Below, piece by piece: positions 53,925 through 64,000 of a stretch of 64,000 nt of DNA. Within the stretch, counting starts at the first letter, position 1. Every line of letters starts with the position of its first letter. The stretch comes from Octopus bimaculoides (Eukaryota). The stretch spans positions 56,253,922 to 56,317,921 of the forward strand of contig NC_068989.1 in NCBI RefSeq assembly GCF_001194135.2, given 5' to 3'. The notes under the pieces are model-generated. The model searched no databases. It was given only the letters and a program-made list of their open reading frames with translations, and was not told the DNA's origin. Both the position numbers and the translations under genes were made by a program.

Positions 53925-54092
53925 CTGGAGTAGAACGCTTTCAGCCTCCTCTAATGAACAACTGTCACATGTTAAATAAAGATAATAGCGAGGCAACCAG
54001 TAGCAGAAAAGGTGCAGAAATCCTAGAGAAAGCACTGTCAGAATCCAGTAGAAAAACTTCTTTGTTTTGTTAAGGCGGTACCCAATAATTTC
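53925..54092 (-). CDS. ATP13A3: P5B ATPase exon (N-terminal domain): EIIGYRLNKTKKFFYWILTVLSLGFLHLFCYWLPRYYLYLTCDSCSLEEAESVLLQ
   Basis: tatttcag|GAA...CAG|gtaaat; 168 nt, phase 0/0; resembles ATP13A3 EIYGY...YWxP...C...A..VLL. Confidence 0.9.
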
Positions 54093-54769
54093 CTGAAATA
54101 AATATAGTACTGGAATGAAAAATTCTGAAAAAGTAGCAATAGATGAAATTAACAACTGAGATTTTACTATAAATCATCGTAGATATTACAAACACCAGTT
54201 TGAGAGAGAAAAAAGAGAGCAGTTCATGAATGGGACTCAAACTACATGTGAATTATATGCTGAGTGACCATGTTCTTGATTATGTTGTAGAGGGTTAAGT
54301 GGCTGATGAATTATCTGGAGAAGATAATGAAGAACAAATTAAAGATAGAAAGGAGAGAAGAGTGTTCTCTGTTATGTTTTCAGTAATGCGGTCTGCTAGC
54401 AAAAGATAGGTACATCACTTGAATAAGGTCAGTAAGTGGTAGTACCCAATGACCAAAACAAACTGCAAATATAGCTGTGACCAAAGAATGCAACCAGACT
54501 CACTCATAGTTCATTCTGTCTCCTCGTGTTCTGTCTTCGACCAGCCTAACTCTGGTCTCTCTCTCTCTCTCTCTCACACTCTCAGTTTCTTTAACCACTT
54601 GCTTCTCCTAACACTTTACCTCCACTCCTTCCACCCCACCCTATATAAACTAGCTCATTCAGATTCCTCTACCTTGTATTTTAATACCCCACCACATGGA
54701 ATAGAAACCAGAAGATGTTCAGATAAGCAACTTGTTTTCCAACCTAGCACACATCTAAAACCTCTTTTC

Positions 54770-55620
54770 AGGTAGCAAAAGCCAAAGTCTTAATAAGTAG
54801 GAAGGCAGACAAATCACAAATCCCTTCAAGTAGATGGCCCTGCTTGATCTGTAGAAAAGGCGTAGGTAGAAACTCCATAAGATGTACCTGGTGTAAGCTA
54901 TGGACACATAAGAGGTGCAGCAATATCAAAGGAAGGCTAACTGGGAGGATAGTTTTTGTGTGTGGCAAATGCTCAGAGGCAATAAACACTGAAAATGTGC
55001 AGAAAACAGTTTCCGTCACATGCCACGGGGAAAAACTAGTACTAGTTGATAGCTTCTGTTACCTAGGTGACCAAGTCAGTAGCGGGGTTGGATGCTTTGA
55101 GAGTGCAGCTGCTAAAATAAGAATAGCCTGGGCAAAGTTCAGAGAGCTCCTATCTCTGCTGGTGATAAAGGGCCTCTCGCTCAGAGTAAAAGGTAGACTG
55201 TATGACACATGTGTGTGAACAACCATGCTACATGGCAGTGTAACATGGGCCGTGACTGCTGGGGACATGCTCGCAAAGAATGAAGCTAGTATGCTCTACT
55301 GGATATGTAATGTCAGTATGTATACACGACAGAGTGTAAGTGCCCTGAGAGAAAAGTTGGACTTAAGAAGCATCAGATGTGTGCAAGAGAGATGACTGCA
55401 CTGGTATGGTCATGTGTTGCATATGGATGAGGACAGCTGCGTGAAAAAGTGTCACACCTTAGCAGTAGAGGGAACCTGTAGAAGAGGTAGACCCAGGAAG
55501 ACCTGGGATGAGGTGGTTGAAGCACCACCTTCGAACGTTGGGCCTCACTGAGGCAATGACAAGTGACTGAGACCTTTGGAGATATGTTGTGCTTGAGAAG
55601 ACCTGGCAAGCCAAGTGAGA
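54770..55620 (+). mobile_element. 5'-truncated RTE LINE copy of the same family
   Basis: ORF 54844-55218: CRKGVGRNSIRCTWCKLWTHKRCS...VDSFCYLGDQVSSG...AWAKFRELL. Confidence 0.9.
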
Positions 55621-56079
55621 CCATAACTGTGGCCTATACCAGTGCAGCATAACCGGCCCATCTAAGATTACTCTTCAATCATTGGGCAATAAACTGTGCT
55701 TGTGAAGACCGGTTGAGTCAAGTGAAGCCATTGGTGTGGCCAATGACAGTACCACCTGATTGGCACCCATGCCAGTGGCACGTAAAAAGCACCATTTGAG
55801 CGTGGTTGTTGCCAGTGCCGCCTGACTGGCTCCCATGCCGGTGGCACATAAAAAGCACCATTCAAGCGTGGTTGATGCCAGTACCACCTCACTGGGCCTC
55901 ATGCCCGTAGCACGTAAAAAGCACCCACTACACTCCCGGAGTGGTTGGCATTAGGAAGGGCATCCAGCTGTAGAAACTCTGCCAGATGAGATTGGAGCCC
56001 AGTGCAGCCTTCTGGCTTGCCAGCCCTCAGTCAAACTGTCCAACCCATGCCAGCATGGAAAACAGACGTTAAACGACGA

Positions 56080-56121
<42 letters not shown>

Positions 56122-56861
56122 GGATATAGCTGTGTGGTTGAGAAGCTTGCTTTCCAACCATGTAGTTTCAGGTTCAGTCCCACTGTGTGGCACCTTGGGC
56201 AAGTGTCTTCTGCTATAACCTCAAACCAACCAGTGCTTTGTGAGTGAATTTGGAAGACAAACTTAAAGAAGACCATCATGTGCATGTGTGTACCTGTGTT
56301 TGTCCCCTCCACCATCACTTGACAACTGATATTGGTGTGTTTATGTCCTTGTAACTTAGCAATTCAGCAAAAGAGAGTGATAGCATAAGAACTACGCTTG
56401 CAAAAAATAAGTCCTGCAGTTGATTTCTTCGATTAAAACTCTTTAAGGCAGTGCTCCAGCATGGCCACAGTCTAATGACTGAAACAAGTAACAAAATATA
56501 ACCATTGCATTTGACAGAGTAATTTGAATGCCAAATGGTTAACACACCTAATATGTCTTGTTCTGCACAATGGAGTAAAATATCAAAATAATACCTAATT
56601 CAAAATTATCACATATCTTCGTGTTCAAAAAGACAATTCATATTTCAATATCCATCAGCCTTGTATTCACAATAAACACATAGTATTCATCATCATAATC
56701 ATCATTTAACATCCTCTTTTCCCATGCTTGCATGGGTCAGACAGAATTTGCTGAGGCAGATTTCTAACAGCTGGATGCCCTTCCTGTTGCCTACCTTCAT
56801 CTGTTTCCAAGCATATATCCATGTGTATATACATATATATATATTCCAAGCTATATCCATG

Positions 56862-56898
<37 letters not shown>

Positions 56899-56945
56899 NN
56901 NNNNNNNNNNNNNNNNNNNNNNNNNNNNNNNNNNNNNNNNNNNNN

Positions 56946-56982
<37 letters not shown>

Positions 56983-58224
56983 TTTTTTCCCCCATAGCTA
57001 GACATGTTTTTCACAAAACAACCTTGCTTGTATGGTAATGATGCTCATTTACTACCATTCATCATGTAGTGCATAGGAAAGGGCACACACAAACACACAT
57101 ATACATATGTGCATGTATGCAAGTGTGTGTGTATATGTGCGTGCGTATGTGTGCACGAGCACACATGCACCAAATCCACTCACAAGACTTTGGTCATCCT
57201 GAGACTATAGCAGAAGTCACTTACCCAAAGTACCATGCAGTGGGACTGAACTCAAGACCACAAGATTTGGAAGCAAGCTTCTTAACCACATAGCCATGCC
57301 TGCACCTAATACTATGTATTAATATTAGTTTCCATTTAATCAAATTTATATATTTGTTGGTGTGTGTGTATAAGGGGTGGGGGTCACCTATGTTAGTAAG
57401 ATTACAGACAGATGATTAATGTTTCAGTAGTTATAATCAGTGTGGAAAGCCTGTCGTTTTATATTATTTAAAATCAATATCATTTAAAAATCAATATTTG
57501 TCTCACTAAGACAAAACATTAAGTTTCCGGCAAATCTAGTCTATAACCTAGTTTCAAATCATAGTTGAGAGCAAGACATAATGAAACATAGCGATCTTGT
57601 TCCTGAAGATGATATAGAGTTATGCAATATTGTAGACACAAGATCTGTCCTCCACAACAGAATTGTTAATGCCGCTCCCCGCCACTAAAGGTGATTGGTC
57701 TGTGAGAGCCCTGCGTTGGTGCCACATAAAAAGTACCCATGCTGGCACCAAGTAAAAGCACCCAACACACCCTGTAAAGTGGTCGGTGTTAGGAAGAGCG
57801 TCTGGCAGTAGAAACCAAGCCAAATCAAACTGGAACCTGATATAGCTTGCTGGCTCTGGTCTTGCTTGCTGGTTCTGGTCAAACAGTCCAACCCATGCCA
57901 GCATGTAAAATGGACATTAATTGATGATGATGATGATGATAGTGAGAAATCATGCAACATATCAAGGACATGTAAACAAATAACACCCTTCTGAGAAGCC
58001 ATTGTTTACATACAGCCAACACACACAAAGAGTAGGGAAAATATGAACTTACACTTGTTATAGATATAGCTGTCGTGCTTTATAGTATATAATGTTGTAT
58101 AGTTAAACACACATGTTGTAGTCATGTATATTTATATATACGAATTGTATTGTTATGTTACCAGTTATATATTTAAATTGATACAAGGTACATACTATAT
58201 GCATAGAAATATTTTGTTAACTCT

Positions 58225-58383
58225 CGGAGTGGTTGGCGTTAGGAAGGGCATCCAGCTGTAGAAACTCTGCCAAATTAGATTGGAGCCTGGTGTTGCCATC
58301 CGGTCTCACCAGTCCTCAGTCAAATTGTCCAACCCATGCCAGCATGGAAAGCGGACGTTAAACGATGATGATGATGATGATGA
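58225..58383 (+). mobile_element. RTE-associated 3' tail repeat ending in (GAT)n (copies at 1-120, ~3560-3718, ~7190-7335, ~13350-13597, ~43920-44070(-), ~52480-52637, ~55925-56083, ~57770-57940, ~60190-60310(-), ~63590-63745)
   Basis: ggagtggttggcgttaggaagggcatccagctgtagaaac...ccaacccatgccagcatggaaagcggacgttaaacgatgatgat; copy 1-120 differs from 58258-58377 at about 3 positions. Confidence 0.85.
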
Positions 58384-58502
58384 TACTAGTTGCGCACATA
58401 TACATATACCAAAATATTGCTTTATAATTTTATACATGTTACAAAATTCACTTTGGAAATACATAGTAAAGGGTTTGCTCCTACTGCAAGAATATTGTTA
58501 GG

Positions 58503-58872
58503 TGCAGGAGTGTGCTTACCAACCACATGGTTCCGGGTTCAGCCCCACTGTGTGGCACCTTGGGCAAGTGTCTTCTACTATAGCCTCGGGCTGACCAAAG
58601 CCTTGTGAGTGGATTTGATAGGCGGAAACTGAAAGAAGCCCATCGTGTATTTAAATATATGTATGTATATGTTTGTACGTCTGTGTTTGTTCCCCCACCA
58701 TCGCTTGACAACCGATGCTGGTGTGTTTACATCCCCATAACTTAGCAGTTCGGCAAAAGAGACTGATAGAATAAGTACTAGGCTTAAAAAGAATAAGCCC
58801 TGGGGTTTGATTTGTTTGACTAAAGGTGGTGCTCCAGTATGGCCACAGTCAAATGACTGAGGCAACTAAAAG
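58503..58872 (+). mobile_element. Full-length tRNA-derived SINE with CORE-like segment (other copies at about 780-1175(-), 10333-10830, 56127-56490 and 63295-63880(-))
   Basis: ggttccgggttcagccccactgtgtggcaccttgggcaagtgtcttctactatagcc...ccaaagccttgtgagtggattt...gtggtgctccagtatggccacagtcaaatgactga. Confidence 0.8.
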
Positions 58873-59121
58873 AATACTATACTATATATAGTATACTATA
58901 TATAGTATAGTATAGCCATGGGTTGAGCAATACCTTCTGAGTGAAATTGGTAGACAGATATATATCTACATCAAACATGGTCATCATCATTTTATGACTG
59001 CTTTCCATGCTGGTGTGGGCTGGACAGTTCAACAGAGAAATAGCAAGCTGCAAGGCTTTTTTGAGCTCCAATGTCATCTGTCTGTTTGTCTACCTCTCTC
59101 TCTCTCTCTCCATACATTGAA

Positions 59122-59388
59122 AATTATAAACTTAAGCTTATAAGCATTCACTGTATATTGGTTATAGAAAATAGTTTAATATTGGGACATATAAACCCTT
59201 GACAAAAAAAAAATGGATATTAATACTTGTGGGAATCGAACCAGCACTTATGAAAATAAGAGGTGTGGGTTCAATTCCAACATGTACTAATAACCTTTTT
59301 TTTTCTGTCAAGAGCTTATATGACCTAATATTAAACTATTTTCTATAGCCAATACATGGTGAATGCTTATAAGCGTAAGCTTATAATT
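59122..59388. mobile_element. Foldback element, near-perfect palindrome of about 267 bp, same terminal family as 53136-53455
   Basis: Arms ...aagcttataagcattcactgtatattggttatagaaaatagtttaatatt... mirrored at the right end; central head-to-head B boxes (ggaatcgaacc / ggttcaattcc) with outward T-runs. Confidence 0.85.
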
Positions 59389-59679
59389 ATATTTACAGAA
59401 TTTTCATTCATAACCATTTCTCAACTTATATAGAACACACACATACATATATATTATACATGAATGTATGTATATGTGTCTTGCATGCATACATTTCTGT
59501 GAATGAGTTCATATTTTTTGCTTTGTTATTATGTGCATTTGCTGTTTGTAAACAAAACAACAGCCTCACTACCTATACAGGCCATGTTGTATGCTTGCAG
59601 TCAACCATGAAAGCACAACTGGGTTTCTTACACTGAACTGACATGTTGCATGATCTTTCTAAACAAAAGGGTTTGTAAC

Positions 59680-60039
59680 TGTAGTAACGCCGTGCGCATG
59701 CGTAGTCTCACGCATGCGTAGAATTAAACAACCAAGCGTTCCCGCTCAATTCATTCTCTTTCTTGCTGGCCAGCGATTGAGCATGGACGTGTTTTTGCTG
59801 TCTCTCACCATCTTTCGGACTTACACTCGACAGCTCGCTTACACCTACATAACAACGTCCCAACAACTATGCTCACACAATCAGAAGCTGTAACAACAAG
59901 AGCTAAAGATGTATATATTTACCAACTGAATAAATGTTGTTTAAGTTGATAGTCTGGAGTTCAGCGTTCCGTTTATATTCTTAATTTTATATAGGAAAGT
60001 CAGGTATACATCTAATGATGTATAACCAACTTTCCTATA
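59680..60039 (+). mobile_element. Solo LTR (360 bp) with 4-bp target-site duplication TAAC
   Basis: Begins TGTAG and ends CTATA, flanked by taac at 59676-59679 and 60040-60043; AATAAA near 59929; CpG-rich relative to the surroundings. Confidence 0.65.
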
Positions 60040-60333
60040 TAACTATGCTCAAATCATTCACTTTTTGACTGACTTGCCTGGAAACGGGTGAGGGTTAGTG
60101 GCAAGAAGGACATCTGGCCATAGAAAAATCTGTCTTGACAAATTCCATGTCTTATGTGAGCATAGGAAAGTGAATGTTAAAACCGATAAATCATCATCAT
60201 CATTTGTTCATGCTGGTATGGGTTGGACCATTTGACCAGAGTTGGCAAACCAGAGAGCTGCACCAGACTCCAGTCTGATTTAGCATGATTTCTATGGTTG
60301 GATGTCCTTTCTAATGGACATATATATGCTCCA

Positions 60334-60377
<44 letters not shown>

Positions 60378-63300
60378 TGTTGTAGACATAGCTATGTCAT
60401 GTTTTAGTCATACCATGTTGTATAGTTATATACACAAATTCCAACAGCCCTATGCAAGCGTGGAAAAGTAAATGTTAAAACAATGGTGACAGTATAGACT
60501 TTGTTAAGCAAAACATTAAAATTAATCACAAATGAGAATGTATTAAAGTGTTGTTTATTCTGTGTTAATCATCTACAATGTGAGAGAGGACTTCATCTGC
60601 CATTCAATCCTAGGCGTTGTTTGTCACCTAACTGGAAGTCCCTTTTCTGCTGACCTGTTCAATAACTAGTCTGTAGTAAAGGTCCTCCTCAGCTACAGTC
60701 CGTCTCTTATGAGTTCATAGGCAATGAACTACAATAGTTATATGTACCTGTTGTAGACATAGCTATGTCATGTTTTACAGTTATATAACATTGTAAAGAT
60801 ATATATACACACACACACACACACACTTTATGGATATAATGTTGTGACATTATATGTACCTACATATTGTAGACCAGGATATGTCAAGTTATACTGTAAG
60901 GTTATATAGCATATATTTAACTGGATACTAATCTTAATAATGAAATTCTTGACAACCAAAGCCATTTTGACACTGAAGAGTTCTAAAGAAGAACAATAAT
61001 ACAAGGAAGGAGTTGAACAAAAAAGAAATATTTTATTGAAGTCGTCCTAGAGTTTTGGTCATAAAATGTGTGTGTTTATTCACCGCCCTATTGACTAGTA
61101 CAATGATTGAATAGAGTGGTATGTGACTAATGAACACAGAATTAGCCAGTCTCATACACAAACAGATAATAACAGTAATTAATCTGTCAGTAAATGAACA
61201 GCTGCTCTGGGTTTCTCGTTAATAACATTTGTTGAACTTTTTAAATAAATATATCGTGAAGATGATGATGATGATGAACTAACAACAATAAAAAGTGCAA
61301 ATATTCTGTAATAGAGAGGAAAGGTTTTAATGTGTCTACAACATGGTACAAGGGCTTATTTTGCAGCCTTTAATACATTATCAGAAGGGAGATTTTTAGT
61401 TAGAATATCTTCTCAAATAAAATGTTGGATAAAACGACTTGCAGTATTTGATCTGGAGCTTTGCATTATGAGTTCAAATCCCAGCAAGTTAAACTTTGCT
61501 TAACTGGTACTTATTTTATCAACCCCACCAAAAGGATGAAAGGCAAAGCTGAACTCAGTGGAATCTAAATTCAGAATATAAAGATGGACAAAATGCCACT
61601 AAGCATTCTGCCTGGCGTGCCAACAATCCTGTTAACTTGCCCACCTTGGAGATCCCATAATATTGATTTCAAATTTTGGCACAAAGCAAGTTCAAGAAAG
61701 GGGTTAAGTCAATTACATCGATCCCAGTATTTCACTGGTACTTATTTTATTAAACCCAAATGGATGAAAGGCAAAGCTGACCTCAGTGGAATTTGAACTC
61801 AGAATATAAAGATGGACGAAATGCCACTAAGCATTTTGCCCAGCATGCTAATGATTCTGCCAGCTTGCTGCCTTAGTGATTTCATATTATTAATGTGACA
61901 TGATAATACATATGTGACTTTTTCTGTTCAGGTTTTCGATATTTTATTCATAGTGAAATTTTATTCATAGTGAAATTTTATTCATAAAAATGCAAAAGTA
62001 TTAAAACTGAAGAATAATTAAAACCGTAGATTACAAAAGCCAAAGATTAAGATTGTTGGGCACAGCAATTTCTTTGTGTTCTTTACTAGGTTAAGATGTT
62101 GTACTTCTGCCATACCTAAGAGAAAGATAAGTACCACTTATAGTCTAGATGTTTGTGTGTTAAAAATAGCATTTGAGCTCCCTTGTTTGTTACAAACTCA
62201 AACATTTCTAGAACTCTTCATGACAAATGTAAGATCGCTAAACAAATAAACATTTTTATATAATATTGTAGGAGATAAGTAATTCATTATCATGAGAGAG
62301 AAGGGTGGGGGCAGGGGTAAATACTGGTATAGTAAACAGCTTCTCTTAGAGTTGTCTTGACACATTACAATCCTGCTCCATAGTTTGGTTAGAGGCAGGG
62401 GTGGGAGGAGATATTTAAAGATTTACTTGAGTCATATGAACTTCTATTGTTTCAACTAATGAATAAAAACCTTAACTTGGGGACGTCTCAACTATATTTT
62501 TTTTTATCTATAAACCCCTTTGATCACTATTTTATTCAGGTGGACCACCATAGCTGTTTTTTGCTTCAAAACTAGTTTTATAGAAACTTCTTTCAAACTT
62601 CCTATTTTGTTTTTCACTCATTAACTTGTTTAAGTTGAACTAAGCAAAACTCAACAAAGAAACCTAGCTGTTTCTTGCAATATATACTGATACATACATC
62701 TAAAGCAAAATATTTTCAGGGCCCTTAGAGTATTATTGTGGATCCCTAATTTTACTATTTTGTCGAGTGGACTCCACAAAAATCTTATATGAACTCTCTG
62801 GAGCCATATGGGCTTTGATTAGCAACCCAGCTAAGACCATTCCTGGTTCTATGATACAAACTAACAGTTTTAGTGATCTAAATTGGAACTTTCTGTCAAA
62901 ATCACATGTTATTTTATGTTCTAAACAAACAGCAACTTAATAGTGACAAAGCTATTTTACTAAATTCTTTATTATTTGCAAAATTAATTAAAACAAAGGC
63001 AGTACATTTCAACAGAAATATGGTAATTGATCTAACTACTCCTGGCTATGAATATAAAAACTATATCCCTCTGCCAAACCATGTTGAGCCAGTGTGACAG
63101 TGTAGGCTCATCAAACCAATATAATCTCAAGCTCAAATTTTCAGTCTCCACATGGTTAGTGGAGAGAACATGCTGAGGCCCTCGTCCTGCACATGGACAA
63201 TCAAATCCTAAAGCATCAGTATATGGTGTTCATATTTCCAAGAGATATTAAAAATATGGTGTTTCTAACAAAAGTCACCAGGGATAGTAAAATCTACCTT

Positions 63301-64000
63301 TTACTTGTTTCAGTCAATAGACTCTGGCCATGCTGGGGCATCACCTTGAAGAACTTTCAGTCAAATGAATCAATCCCAGTATTTTTAAGAAGCCTGGTAC
63401 TTATTCTATCAGTGTCTTTTGCCAAACTGCTAAGTTACAGGGACGTAAGCACACCAACACCAGTCGTCAAGCAGTGGTAGGGGACAAACACAGACACAAT
63501 GACACACACTCCACACCAGAAATGTTGAGCCCGATCCTTCTGGTGGTGTAAAGCACTTGTGGTGGTGCCACATAAAAGCATCCAGCGCACTCTGTAAAAT
63601 GGTTGGTTAGGAAGGGTGTCCACCCATAGAAATCATGCCAAATCAGACTGGAGTTTGGTGCAGGCCTCCAACTTGCCAGTTCTGGTCCAACCGTCAAACC
63701 CATGCCCACATGGACAATGGACATTAAATGATGATGATGATGACATATGTAATGGGCTTCTTTTAGTTTCTATCTACCAAATCCACTTACAAGAACTTTG
63801 GTCGGCCCAAGGCTATAGTAGAAGACACTTGCAAAGGTTTCACACAGTGGGACTGAACCTGGAACCATATGGTTAGGAGGCAAGGAAATTCTAAGGACTA
63901 CAATAATTTATTTTTCTCTTTTTTTAAATTTTTATTTAAAGCAAACAACTGAAAATTTGTCAAAGCTAAACAAGGAATAGTCATAGACTAATGATTGAAA

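Larger units (their letters stand above)
501..54092 (-). other. ATP13A3: Partial gene span: P5B-type ATPase (ATP13A3-like cation/polyamine transporter), 15 coding exons in window
   Basis: Exons join in frame with GT-AG boundaries. The translation contains [86 protein letters not shown] and MATCHSL...LSGDPIDL, all hallmark P5B motifs. The ortholog name (13A3 versus other P5B paralogs) is inferred. Confidence 0.93.

Noticed and set aside
62088-62113. MAEVQHLNL as the start-codon exon
   Set aside because: Weak donor (cta|gtaaag) and no G-E/Q-E-D-x-M motif of the kind that precedes EIxGY in homologs; left unassigned

Overview
AT-rich animal genomic DNA with six assembly gaps and dense (TA)n/(CA)n/(AAT)n microsatellites. 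The SINE/RTE repeat repertoire suggests an octopus (inferred, not tested). One protein-coding gene crosses the window on the minus strand: a P5B-type ATPase (ATP13A3-like polyamine transporter). I traced 15 consecutive GT-AG exons from 54092 down to 501, all phase-compatible (1719 nt, 573 codons). They carry the TM1-2 W..D.Y motif, LTGES, PPALP and the DK|TGT phosphorylation motif. The start exon was not located and the 3' half lies beyond position 1. The introns hold tRNA-headed SINEs, RTE/CR1 LINE remnants, a degenerate Ty3/Gypsy element, a solo LTR, a mariner fragment, MITEs and Helitron-like ends. Most notable: (1) a tRNA-headed SINE carrying a minimal type I hammerhead ribozyme, fused to a duplicated copy of a host exon; (2) a family of foldback elements with head-to-head tRNA-like Pol III cassettes; (3) a candidate recursive splice site in the 21-kb intron; (4) a GC-rich multi-hairpin element with partial HDV-ribozyme topology. 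No prokaryotic features or CRISPR arrays were seen. Exon coordinates were counted base by base; repeat boundaries are approximate.
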